This document shows, piece after piece, positions 15,870 through 26,212 of a stretch of DNA of 29,304 bases. This stretch comes from Clostridia bacterium. GTDB lineage: Bacteria > Bacillota > Clostridia > UMGS1883. A program made the position numbers and the translations under genes. Location: positions 1 through 29,304 of the forward strand of contig JBJDXJ010000051.1 in the NCBI GenBank assembly GCA_051866635.1, in the 5' to 3' direction. The notes under the pieces are model-generated. The model was not told the origin of the DNA. It saw only the letters and a program-made list of their open reading frames with translations, and made no database searches. Every line of letters begins with the position of its first letter. Position 1 is the stretch's first letter.

Positions 15870-17195
15870 CTACTTACCTAAACAAAAATCCCTGAATATT
15901 CTGTCAACAACTTCATCGTTAACACTCATCCCTTCAGCTTCGCCCAAGGCTTCAGCCGCAAGGGAAATATCAATAACGGTCAAATCAGAATAAAATCCTT
16001 CTTCCAATGTTTCTTTTGCCCTTCTTATTGAATCAAGTGCGTTTTGTACAGCTGCCCGCTGTCTTTCATTGGCAAGCATTGTACTGCTTTCTTCGTTTTC
16101 GTACAAAAATGTGCCGATTTTTCTTTTTAATTCATCAATGCCCGTTCCGTTTTTAGCACTTATTGTTAAAAAACCATCTCTTGTTTCATCTTTTTCGTCA
16201 CTTTTATTTAAAACAAGAATTCTGTTTTTATTACTTGTAGCAGACAAAATTTCTTCTTCTTCCTTAGTTAAATTTCTTCCGCACTCTGTCACAAAAATCA
16301 CAAAATCACTGTCGTCAATAAGTTTTTTTGCCTTATCAACGCCAATTTTTTCAATTTCATCCTCTGTTTCACGTATACCTGCAGTGTCAAGGAAGTTAAT
16401 TAAAACACCGCCTATTTCACATCTTCCTTCAACAACGTCACGTGTTGTTCCCGGAATGTGAGTTACAATTGCCTTTTCCTCCTCTAAAAGGGCATTTAAA
16501 AGGGAGCTTTTGCCTGCATTCGGTATGCCAACAATAGCACATTTTGCACCGTTTGAAAGATATATGCCACGCTTTGCACTGTTTAATAATTGAATAATCC
16601 TATCTTCAAATTGGTCAAGTAAGCTCTTTAAACTGCCGTCGGCAAAAGCATCAATATCTTCATCGGGAAAATCCGTTGACACTTGAACAGAGGCAATGAG
16701 AGTAATAATATCGTCCCTTAACTTAACAATTTTGTCCGTTAAAGCCCCTGCCAGGCGGTTAACTGCCGCATTAGCTCCTCTTAGTGTTTTAGCCTCTATA
16801 ATATCATGAACCGCCTCTGCCTGAGTAAGACTCATTTTGCCGTTCATAAAGGCACGCTTTGTAAATTCGCCTCGGGAGGCAAGATTACACCCGTTTTTTA
16901 TTAAAAGGTCAAGTATCGTTTCCGTTACAACAACACCGCCGTGACAGCTTATTTCACAGACATTTTCCCCTGTGAAGGATTTTGGAGAACGAAAAACACT
17001 TACCAAAACCTCATCAATTTTTTTTTCACCGTCTGTTATATGACCGTATAAAATAGTGTATCCTTCTGCTTTTTCAATATCCTTTTTTGAGACAAATATC
17101 TTTTTTACAATACTAAAAGCCTCGTCACCCGATACCCTTATGACGCTGATACCGCCCTTACCGCGTGGAGTGGCTATTGCACAGATTGTATCCAT
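15870..17195 (-). CDS. mnmE: tRNA modification GTPase MnmE (TrmE/ThdF).
   Basis: 441 aa. It has G1 GIPNAGKSSLLNAL, G3 DTAGIR, G4 NKSD and the C-terminal FCLGK motif. Confidence 0.95.
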   Translation of the reverse strand: MDTICAIATPRGKGGISVIRVSGDEAFSIVKKIFVSKKDIEKAEGYTILYGHITDGEKKIDEVLVSVFRSPKSFTGENVCEISCHGGVVVTETILDLLIKNGCNLASRGEFTKRAFMNGKMSLTQAEAVHDIIEAKTLRGANAAVNRLAGALTDKIVKLRDDIITLIASVQVSTDFPDEDIDAFADGSLKSLLDQFEDRIIQLLNSAKRGIYLSNGAKCAIVGIPNAGKSSLLNALLEEEKAIVTHIPGTTRDVVEGRCEIGGVLINFLDTAGIRETEDEIEKIGVDKAKKLIDDSDFVIFVTECGRNLTKEEEEILSATSNKNRILVLNKSDEKDETRDGFLTISAKNGTGIDELKRKIGTFLYENEESSTMLANERQRAAVQNALDSIRRAKETLEEGFYSDLTVIDISLAAEALGEAEGMSVNDEVVDRIFRDFCLGK

Positions 17196-17203
17196 ATTAA
17201 TCC

Positions 17204-17245
17204 ACCTTAAAAAATTAAAAGGGCTGTTTATACAACAGCCCTTTT
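17204..17245 (-). terminator. Intrinsic, bidirectional-looking terminator between jag and mnmE.
   Basis: AAGGGCTGTT (17219-17228), loop tatac, AACAGCCCTT (17234-17243). T-runs flank it on both strands: TTTAATTTTTT follows on the minus strand and TTTTTTC on the plus strand. Confidence 0.75.
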
Positions 17246-17249
17246 TTTC

Positions 17250-17981
17250 TTATTCTTCTGTTGCAGTCTTTATTTCTTCTCTCTTATAAGAAGAATAATT
17301 TCTTCTGTATCCTCCTCTGGGAGAACGGGAAGAATTCTTTGATGAAACTACAATCTTTCTGTTTGGATCTTCGCCTATGGAATATGTATTAATATAATCA
17401 TAGGACTGAAGTGTAGAATGAATAATTCTTCTTTCGTTGGGGTTCATAGGCTCAAGTGTAATACTTCTGCCTGTTCTGGAAACTGTTCCTGCAATTTTCT
17501 TTGCAAGATTTACAAGTGTTTCCTCTCTCTTCGCACGGTAATTTTCCGTGTCAAGATTTACTCTTACATAATCTTCTCGGTTTTTATTATAAACAAGTGA
17601 ACAAAGATACTGAAGTGAATCAAGTGTATCACCGCGTCTGCCTATTACAACACCCATAAGGTCGCCAGAAATTTCAATATCAAGCTTTCCTTCTTCTTCT
17701 TTGACATCAAGTTCGGCATTGATGCCCATCTTTTCAAGGATGTTTAAAAGATACTTTTCAACATCTGTGTTGTTTTCTTCCGATATATCTTCCAAAACAA
17801 CATCTTCTTTAATCAAAGTAACTCTTACTTTTGCTTCGGACACACCTAAACCAAGGAAACCTTTGCTACCCTTGTTTAATATTTCAATTTCAACATCTTC
17901 ACGGGAACAATCAAGCTCTTTTAAAGCACTTTCTACAGCCGCATCAATTGTGGCACCCGTTTTTTCGATAATCTTAGTCAT
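17250..17981 (-). CDS. jag: RNA-binding protein Jag / KhpB (Jag_N, KH and R3H domains).
   Basis: 243 aa with an R3H motif in ERRIIHSTLQ and a KH-like GRRGDTLDSLQYL. It overlaps the yidC stop by 8 nt, the conserved yidC-jag pairing. Confidence 0.9.
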   Translation of the reverse strand: MTKIIEKTGATIDAAVESALKELDCSREDVEIEILNKGSKGFLGLGVSEAKVRVTLIKEDVVLEDISEENNTDVEKYLLNILEKMGINAELDVKEEEGKLDIEISGDLMGVVIGRRGDTLDSLQYLCSLVYNKNREDYVRVNLDTENYRAKREETLVNLAKKIAGTVSRTGRSITLEPMNPNERRIIHSTLQSYDYINTYSIGEDPNRKIVVSSKNSSRSPRGGYRRNYSSYKREEIKTATEE

Positions 17982-18882
17982 TTTTATCTCCCTCTTTTGT
18001 TTCTTCGGTGTCTAAAACTACAGGCTTTACCCGAGTTTTCTTCTTAAGTGTAATCGGTTTCATTTTCTTAATTACAAATTCATTTACAATAAACTGCTGA
18101 ATCATCTGTGTAAGTGTGGAAATAATCCAGTAAAGTGCGCATCCCAAGGGCCATTTATATGTTATATAAGCTGTCATAACAGGCATCATAATAAACATAG
18201 ATTTACTCATAGCCTGAGCCTGCTGCGTTTGAGGATCGTTTTTAGAATTGCTGTTCTGGCTTTTTTCAGCACTTTTCTGAGACATAACTGTGGACAAAAT
18301 AGTGAGAACAAGTGCAATCACAGGAAGAATCCACATCATAATATCGCCCATATTTTCGGACAAAACTTTGCTAAGGTCAAAACCTAAGAAATTAAGATTT
18401 AAGCTGGTTGCATCAAGACCTAATTTTTCCATCAATTCGGGATATGCTGACATTTTGAGCTGATTTGAAACAATAAATGTTGAATCAATACCAAGCTCTG
18501 TTGCAGCATTGGCAATAACGTCTTTACCTATACCCAAAAGGTAAGTATATGGCTTATATACAATCTGAATAAAGCCCATAAGAATAACAAGCTGTAATAT
18601 CATGGGCATACAGCCGCCTGTGGGACTGATTTCGTATTTGTCGTAAATTTTCATCAGTTCCTGCTGTTGTTTTTCTTTGTTATTTGCATATTTTCTCTGT
18701 ACTTCCGTAATAAGAGGCTGGACCTGCTGCATTTTTGCCATACTTTTCTGGCTTTTTACAGTAAAGGGCACAGTTACAAGTTTAATAAGAATAGTGAAAA
18801 TAATGATTGTCCAACCGTAGTTCTGTATAATGCTATACAACGGTCTTATTAAAATAGAAAGTATTTCTGCGATAAAATCCAT
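17974..18882 (-). CDS. yidC: Membrane protein insertase YidC (Oxa1 family, short Gram-positive type).
   Basis: 302 aa with multiple hydrophobic helices, the conserved KMQQVQP..KEVQRKY-type loop (MAKMQQVQPLITEVQRKYANNKEK) and a basic C-terminal tail. Confidence 0.9.
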   Translation of the reverse strand: MDFIAEILSILIRPLYSIIQNYGWTIIIFTILIKLVTVPFTVKSQKSMAKMQQVQPLITEVQRKYANNKEKQQQELMKIYDKYEISPTGGCMPMILQLVILMGFIQIVYKPYTYLLGIGKDVIANAATELGIDSTFIVSNQLKMSAYPELMEKLGLDATSLNLNFLGFDLSKVLSENMGDIMMWILPVIALVLTILSTVMSQKSAEKSQNSNSKNDPQTQQAQAMSKSMFIMMPVMTAYITYKWPLGCALYWIISTLTQMIQQFIVNEFVIKKMKPITLKKKTRVKPVVLDTEETKEGDKND

Positions 18883-18911
18883 AGTTAAAAATACCCTTCA
18901 TCCAATATAGT

Positions 18912-19121
18912 TTATTTAACCGGGTCATATCCGCCTTTACATAAGGGGTTGCACCGCAAAATGCGATAAGCCGCCTTACATCCGCCTTTTAATGCACCGT
19001 ATTTATTGATTGCTTCAATTGCATAAAGTGAACATGTGGGATAAAATCTGCAACAAGGCTTCTTTAAAGGAGATATATATTTTCTGTACACATTTATGAA
19101 AAAAATAAATATTCTTTTCAT
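18912..19121 (-). CDS. yidD: Membrane protein insertion efficiency factor YidD.
   Basis: 69 aa. [45 protein letters not shown] is the YidD signature. Confidence 0.9.
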   Translation of the reverse strand: MKRIFIFFINVYRKYISPLKKPCCRFYPTCSLYAIEAINKYGALKGGCKAAYRILRCNPLCKGGYDPVK

Positions 19122-19123
19122 AA

Positions 19124-19483
19124 CTAAACCTCTTTTTCCGGTTGTTTTGGTATAAGTATACCCGTTTTTCTCAAAATACGCTTCAAACTGCCCGACACCG
19201 CATGAAAATCGGCATCAGCACACTTACTTCTTGCCACAATGACAATATCGTAGCCAAAGTGCATATCTTTTTCCAAAAGTCTGTAACTCTCTCTTATAAG
19301 GCGTTTTACACGGTTACGAACAACCGCACCGCCTATTTTTTTGCCGACTGTTATACCAAGGCGGTTGCACTTTTGTGAATTTTTTTTGTAGTAAACTACA
19401 ATAATGTCACATCCCATGCATCCGCCTTTGTAATAAAGCCGCTTAAAATCACGATTAAGCTTTATAGAAAATGTGTTCTTCAT
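19124..19483 (-). CDS. rnpA: Ribonuclease P protein component.
   Basis: It has the RNR motif [12 protein letters not shown]. The start was chosen at the second ATG (MKNTF...), 9 nt after GAGGA; the first ATG (19490-19492) has no spacer to the RBS. Confidence 0.85.
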   Translation of the reverse strand: MKNTFSIKLNRDFKRLYYKGGCMGCDIIVVYYKKNSQKCNRLGITVGKKIGGAVVRNRVKRLIRESYRLLEKDMHFGYDIVIVARSKCADADFHAVSGSLKRILRKTGILIPKQPEKEV

Positions 19484-19499
19484 CAAAACCATTCCTCAA

Positions 19500-19634
19500 T
19501 TATGCAGAAAGAACTTTTCTACCTCTCTGACGGCGTCTCTTAAGAACCTTTCTACCGTTTGCTGTACTCATTCTGTTTCTGAAACCGTGATCTTTCTTTC
19601 TCTTATGATTGTTGGGCTGATATGTTCTAATCAT
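19500..19634 (-). CDS. rpmH: 50S ribosomal protein L34. It is not in the supplied ORF track because it is too short.
   Basis: Manual translation of the minus strand gives [44 protein letters not shown] (44 aa). GGAGG lies upstream, and the position upstream of rnpA is canonical. Confidence 0.9.
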   Translation of the reverse strand: MIRTYQPNNHKRKKDHGFRNRMSTANGRKVLKRRRQRGRKVLSA

Positions 19635-19695
19635 CCTTAAGCACCTCCTTCTACAATTTCATGCAATCATAGTGCTACCACAATAACACTACCAT

Positions 19696-19724
19696 ATTAT
19701 ATAGAAAGTCTAAAAAAATGTCAA
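19696..19724 (-). promoter_or_regulatory. Consensus sigma-A promoter for the rpmH operon.
   Basis: On the minus strand, TTGACA (19719-19724) is followed by exactly 17 nt and TATAAT (19696-19701), about 60 nt upstream of the rpmH ATG. Confidence 0.75.
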
Positions 19725-19761
19725 TGATTTTTTTTAATTATTTAATTTTTCATAAAAAGTA

Positions 19762-19790
19762 TTGAAAAATTTTCGGTTTTTTGGTATAAT
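19762..19790 (+). promoter_or_regulatory. Near-consensus sigma-A promoter directed toward dnaA.
   Basis: TTGAAA (19762-19767) is followed by a 17-nt spacer and TGgTATAAT (TATAAT at 19785-19790). The DnaA boxes lie downstream of it in the leader. Confidence 0.7.
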
Positions 19791-19832
19791 AGTATATATA
19801 TTTGCGGTTAATTTTTATTTTTGCTTTTATAG

Positions 19833-19841
19833 TTTTCCACA
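19833..19841 (+). promoter_or_regulatory. DnaA box.
   Basis: TTTTCCACA, one mismatch from TTATCCACA. Confidence 0.7.
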
Positions 19842-19887
19842 ACTACAAAACGCCTTATTTTTAGGTTTATTTACATTATTAATAGAA

Positions 19888-19896
19888 TTTTCCACA
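19888..19896 (+). promoter_or_regulatory. DnaA box.
   Basis: TTTTCCACA, one mismatch from TTATCCACA. Confidence 0.7.
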
Positions 19897-19900
19897 AGTT

Positions 19901-19909
19901 TTTTCCACA
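19901..19909 (+). promoter_or_regulatory. DnaA box.
   Basis: TTTTCCACA, one mismatch from TTATCCACA; 4 nt after the previous box. Confidence 0.7.
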
Positions 19910-19985
19910 GTTTATGTTAAAGATAGGGGAATAATCTTATTGCTCTTTTTGGAAAACGTAAAAGACTCTTATCATTTTTTTGCTT

Positions 19986-19994
19986 TGCGGATAA
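19986..19994 (-). promoter_or_regulatory. DnaA box in inverted orientation.
   Basis: The plus strand reads TGCGGATAA, one mismatch from TGTGGATAA. Confidence 0.6.
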
Positions 19995-20049
19995 GAGGTA
20001 AATTCAACTACTATTTTTGCTGACGCAAAGCGGCAGAATGGAGATAATT

Positions 20050-21369
20050 ATGTATAACGACATATACACTATATGGGAAAATGTTTTACCCCTTATCCAG
20101 GCTGAAATGACAGCTGTGGGGTTCAATACATGGATTAAGCCTTTAAAGCCTGTAGTAATGGATTCTGAAACAATGACCTTTTCAACAGACACTGAAATTG
20201 TTAAAACAATGGTCTCGGGAAGACATATGGACCTTCTTAAAAACGCTATTTTTGAAGTTACAGGCAAAGAATATATCATTAATATTATAATCACTTCACA
20301 ATCTGATTTTGATACGATGAATAAAAATTCCCAAAAAGATGATAAAAAGGACCCTTTTGCAAAGTACACATTTGATAATTTTGTGGTAGGTAATTCAAAC
20401 CGCTTTGCACAAGCTGTCGCTTTAGCTGTTGCAGAAGCACCTGCCAGTGCATACAACCCACTTTTCATTTACGGCGGTGTAGGTCTTGGTAAAACCCATC
20501 TTATGCATGCTATTAAAAATTACATAAAAGACAATAATCCAAAATCAAAGATAGCATTTGTATCAAGTGAAACCTTTACAAATGAGCTTATCAACGCACT
20601 TAAGGATAAAAAAACGGAAGAATTCCGCGGCAAATACAGAAATATGGATGTTCTTTTAGTTGATGATATTCAGTTTATCGCAGGAAAAACGGCTACAGAA
20701 GAGGAATTTTTCCATACATTTAATGCCTTAAAGGATGCGGGCAGCCAGATTGTATTGACCTCTGACCGCCCTCCTCATGAGATTAAAACTTTGGAGGAAA
20801 GGCTTCGTTCAAGGTTTGAATGGGGGCTTATATGCGATATTGCACCTCCGGATTATGAAACAAGAATTGCCATTTTAAGAAAAAAGGCACAGGACGAAAA
20901 AATAGATATTGACGATTCTGTTTTGTCCTTTATTGCGGAAAAAATTACAAGCAATATCCGTGAACTTGAAGGCATTTTTAACCGTGTTGTAGCCTTTAAG
21001 GGCCTTGTTCAGGAAGATATTACAGTTGACACAGTGTTAAAGGTGTTAAAAGATTATTCAAATGACGGAAGAAGCATTTTAACGCCGGAATTTATTGTTG
21101 AATACTGTGCAAGATTTTATAATATTTCACCCGAAAAGTTTTATTCAACATCCCAGAAAAAGGATGTTTCCTTTGCCCGTCAGGTTTCTTTTTACCTTTG
21201 TAAGGAGATATTAGACCTTTCTCTTCAGAAAATAGGACAAGTTTTCGGCAGAGACCACACAACTGTTCTTTACGGTATTAAGAAGATAGAAAAGGATATC
21301 CAGACAGACAAGGCTTTTAAAAATACAATCGAAATGTTAATAAAAGATATTAAAAATGAAACCGCATAA
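20050..21369 (+). CDS. dnaA: Chromosomal replication initiator protein DnaA.
   Basis: The start is taken at MYNDIYTIWENV (ATG 20050-20052) with GGAG 6 nt upstream. It has Walker A GGVGLGKTHL, Walker B LLVDDIQF, and the domain IV HTH GRDHTTVLYGIKKIE. Confidence 0.95.
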   Translation: MYNDIYTIWENVLPLIQAEMTAVGFNTWIKPLKPVVMDSETMTFSTDTEIVKTMVSGRHMDLLKNAIFEVTGKEYIINIIITSQSDFDTMNKNSQKDDKKDPFAKYTFDNFVVGNSNRFAQAVALAVAEAPASAYNPLFIYGGVGLGKTHLMHAIKNYIKDNNPKSKIAFVSSETFTNELINALKDKKTEEFRGKYRNMDVLLVDDIQFIAGKTATEEEFFHTFNALKDAGSQIVLTSDRPPHEIKTLEERLRSRFEWGLICDIAPPDYETRIAILRKKAQDEKIDIDDSVLSFIAEKITSNIRELEGIFNRVVAFKGLVQEDITVDTVLKVLKDYSNDGRSILTPEFIVEYCARFYNISPEKFYSTSQKKDVSFARQVSFYLCKEILDLSLQKIGQVFGRDHTTVLYGIKKIEKDIQTDKAFKNTIEMLIKDIKNETA

Positions 21370-21529
21370 GTATACTATTATATAGGAAGAAATTCATCCT
21401 TTTTTAGTTTCATTTATATATGTTTTTAACAACTTCCATGTTAATTAACAATTTTGAATTTTTATCTTTAAATTATTTAAACAAGTTTTTAACACAGGAA
21501 AAACCCTTATACCGTGGGCTTTATTTAAG

Positions 21530-21538
21530 ATTTCCACA
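21530..21538 (+). promoter_or_regulatory. DnaA box-like site in the dnaA-dnaN spacer.
   Basis: ATTTCCACA has two mismatches to TTATCCACA and one to the local TTTTCCACA variant. Confidence 0.45.
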
Positions 21539-21549
21539 AAACTCACAGG

Positions 21550-21605
21550 TATTAATAATACTATATTAAAATTATATATTTATTATTTATATATAATAAA
21601 ATTTT
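21550..21605. other. AT-rich candidate DNA unwinding element of oriC.
   Basis: This is an almost pure A/T tract (tattaataatactatattaaaattatatatttattatttatatataataaaatttt). It begins with five in-phase TAN triplets (21550-64) just after a short GC cluster (cacagg) and ends at the dnaN RBS. Confidence 0.55.
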
Positions 21606-21615
21606 GGAGGCAATC

Positions 21616-22716
21616 ATGAAAATCTATTGTAACGTAGAAGAACTTTCGGCAGCTGTTAATATTGTTTCAAAAGCTGTAAGCAGTAAATCAAGCATACCGT
21701 ACCTTGAAGGCGTTTTGTTGGAGGCTGAATGTGACAGACTTTACTTAACGGGTAACGATTTGGAAATATGCATTAAAACAAGTATACCTTGTAATATTTC
21801 AGAAGAAGGCAAGATTGTTTTAAATTGTAAAATGTTATCTGACATTATAAGAAAACTTCCTAAGGATGTTTGTGAAATTAAAACAGAAAACAGTGCTGTC
21901 ATTATAAATTGCCTTAATTCTGACTATCGTATTATAGGCTTAAACGCCAATGAATATCCCTCAATTCCTGATATTGAAATAAAAAGCTCAATAAAAATTT
22001 CTTCACCTTTATTGAAGGATATGATTTCAAGAACCTCCTTTGCCATAAGCCAGAAGCTGGACAGAAAGGTTCTTACAGGCTCGCTTTTTGAAATGGACGG
22101 AAATTCACTTACTATTGTAGCTGTGGACGGCTACAGAATGGCTCTTAGGAAAGAAGTTTTAAGTGAAAGCTGTAAGGAAGGCAAGTTTATCGTTCCCGGA
22201 AAGGCTGAAAATGAAATCGTAAAAATTATGTCAGACGATGAAAGTGATATTATTGAAGTTGGCTTTTGCGATAATTATGCCGTTTTTGAGAACGACACGT
22301 TTACTATGATTACAAGATTGATAGAGGGCGAATTCTTCGCTTACCGTCAGGTTATACCCTCTGAATTCAAAATAAACACAAAGGTTGCAACAAGCGAATT
22401 TTCAAAAACAGTTTCCCGTGTTGAACCTATTATTGATGACGTTGCAAAAAATCCCGTAAGACTCATTTTAAGTGAAAACTCCTTGAAGATAAAGTGCCTT
22501 ACAACTTTGGGAAGCGTAAACGATAAGTTTGACGTTGAATATACAGGAAACGATTTTGAAATAGGCTTTAACTATCGCTATTTATACGATGCAATTTCCC
22601 GTTGCGGAAATGAATCCACTGTTCTTCGTATGAATTCACCGTTAAATCCCTTGATTATTTCAGGTGAGGACGACGATACCTATCTGTTTATGGTATTACC
22701 TGTAAAAATATCGTAA
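21616..22716 (+). CDS. dnaN: DNA polymerase III beta subunit (sliding clamp).
   Basis: 366 aa from the ATG at 21616, with GGAGG at 21606-21610. The tracked ORF began at an upstream TTG. MKIYCNVEELSAAVNIVSKAV is a typical clamp N-terminus, and the position after dnaA is canonical. Confidence 0.93.
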   Translation: MKIYCNVEELSAAVNIVSKAVSSKSSIPYLEGVLLEAECDRLYLTGNDLEICIKTSIPCNISEEGKIVLNCKMLSDIIRKLPKDVCEIKTENSAVIINCLNSDYRIIGLNANEYPSIPDIEIKSSIKISSPLLKDMISRTSFAISQKLDRKVLTGSLFEMDGNSLTIVAVDGYRMALRKEVLSESCKEGKFIVPGKAENEIVKIMSDDESDIIEVGFCDNYAVFENDTFTMITRLIEGEFFAYRQVIPSEFKINTKVATSEFSKTVSRVEPIIDDVAKNPVRLILSENSLKIKCLTTLGSVNDKFDVEYTGNDFEIGFNYRYLYDAISRCGNESTVLRMNSPLNPLIISGEDDDTYLFMVLPVKIS

Positions 22717-22733
22717 AAAAAGAGGATAACTTT

Positions 22734-22946
22734 ATGAATGTACTGGAAATAACAACTGAATTTATAAAGCTTGATTCTGCAATGAAGTTCGCCAATGTTG
22801 TCGAAAGCGGTGCCTTTGCAAAAAATGTCATTTCAGATGGCTATGTTTCAGTAAATAATCAGGTTGAAACAAGAAGGGGCAGAAAACTTTACGACTCTGA
22901 CATATTCTCCTTTGATGGGGAAGACTTTGTTATAAAAAAAATATGA
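22734..22946 (+). CDS. yaaA: S4-domain RNA-binding protein YaaA.
   Basis: 70 aa. It sits in the conserved slot between dnaN and recF, with an S4-like VSVNNQVETRRGRKL. Confidence 0.8.
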   Translation: MNVLEITTEFIKLDSAMKFANVVESGAFAKNVISDGYVSVNNQVETRRGRKLYDSDIFSFDGEDFVIKKI

Positions 22947-24012
22947 TTGCAGAAAAATTAACTTTGGAAAACTTCAGAAACTATGAAAAGGAAGAAGTGT
23001 GCCTTTCTCCTGAAATTAATATAATTTACGGAAAAAACGGTGCAGGTAAGACTAATCTTATAGAGGCTTTGTACTCCTTTTCCTATGCACGCTCCTTCAG
23101 GGCAAAGCAAAAGGAAATGATACGCCATAATTGTGAATTGACAAGGCTTAATCTTCTTTACGAAAGTGAAGGAAGAAAACAAAGTGCTCAGATTGTATTT
23201 AACAAAGAAAATAAAAAGAAAATATGGGTTAACGAGATAAACGTCAGCAAAACAAGCGATTTACTTGGCAGATTTATATGTGTTTTGTTTACGCCTGACG
23301 AATTAGGCCTTGTAAAGGACGGTCCCGAAAAAAGGCGTAAGTTTCTTGATTCTTCTATAGTTTCCCTTCGCCCTTCTTATTTTTCGGCATTGTCGGCATA
23401 TAACATTTGCTTAAAGCAAAAAAATGCTGTTTTAAAAAGCGGTAATTATGTAATGCTTGATATATGGAACGAAAAATTAAGCGAATACGGTGCCGTGATT
23501 GCTCATTTACGAAAAAGCTATGTGGAAAAATTGGCAGAGAAGGCTAAAAAGGCACAGTTTGATATTTCAGGCGGAAAAGAGGAACTTTCAGTAATTTATT
23601 CCCATGCCTATAAAATAGGCGAAAATAAGGAAGAAACAAAGGGCTTTATTTTAGAAAAGCTCGAGGAAGCAAAAAAGAGGGAGATAGATTATAAAATTTC
23701 CTTGGCAGGACCTCACAGGGATGATATTTTATTTAAAATAAATTCCTTTAATGCAAAAAATTATGGTTCCCAGGGTCAGCAAAGAAGTATTGTTCTTTCT
23801 ATGAAAACTGCTCAGATGGAAATTATAGAGGAACAGCAAAACGAATACCCCCAGCTTTTATTGGATGATGTTTTAAGCGAGCTGGATGGTGAAAGACGTG
23901 ATTACTTCACGGAAAAAATAAAAGGAAAACAGGTTGTTATAAGCTGTACCGACTTAAACAATATAAACATAAAAGATAACGCAAATCTTATAAAAATAGA
24001 GGACGGTAGAGT

Positions 24013-24022
<10 letters not shown>
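22943..24022 (+). CDS. recF: DNA replication and repair protein RecF.
   Basis: 359 aa with Walker A GKNGAGKTNLIEA, the signature GSQGQQRS and Walker B LLLDDVLSELD. An ATGA overlap joins it to yaaA. Confidence 0.95.
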
Positions 24023-26197
<2,175 letters not shown>

Positions 26198-26212
26198 AAT
26201 GAGGTGGCTTAA

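Noticed and set aside
16448-16457. TTCCCGGAAT, with similar TTCCCGGAA strings near 22193 and 25487, as possible Noc-binding sites.
   Set aside because: The NBS consensus ATTTCCCGGGAAAT needs CCCGGG. These sites lack one G, are not palindromic, and lie inside coding sequence.
20004-20468. 154-aa minus-strand ORF overlapping the dnaA 5' region.
   Set aside because: It is antisense to the well-supported dnaA CDS and runs into the DnaA-box leader. It has no RBS or recognisable motifs.
21385-21406. Possible terminator after dnaA (GGAaGAA..TTCaTCC followed by TTTTTT).
   Set aside because: The stem is only 3+2 bp (GGA/TCC plus GA/TC) with an internal A-A mismatch and a 3-nt loop. It is too weak to call and may be just T-rich origin DNA.
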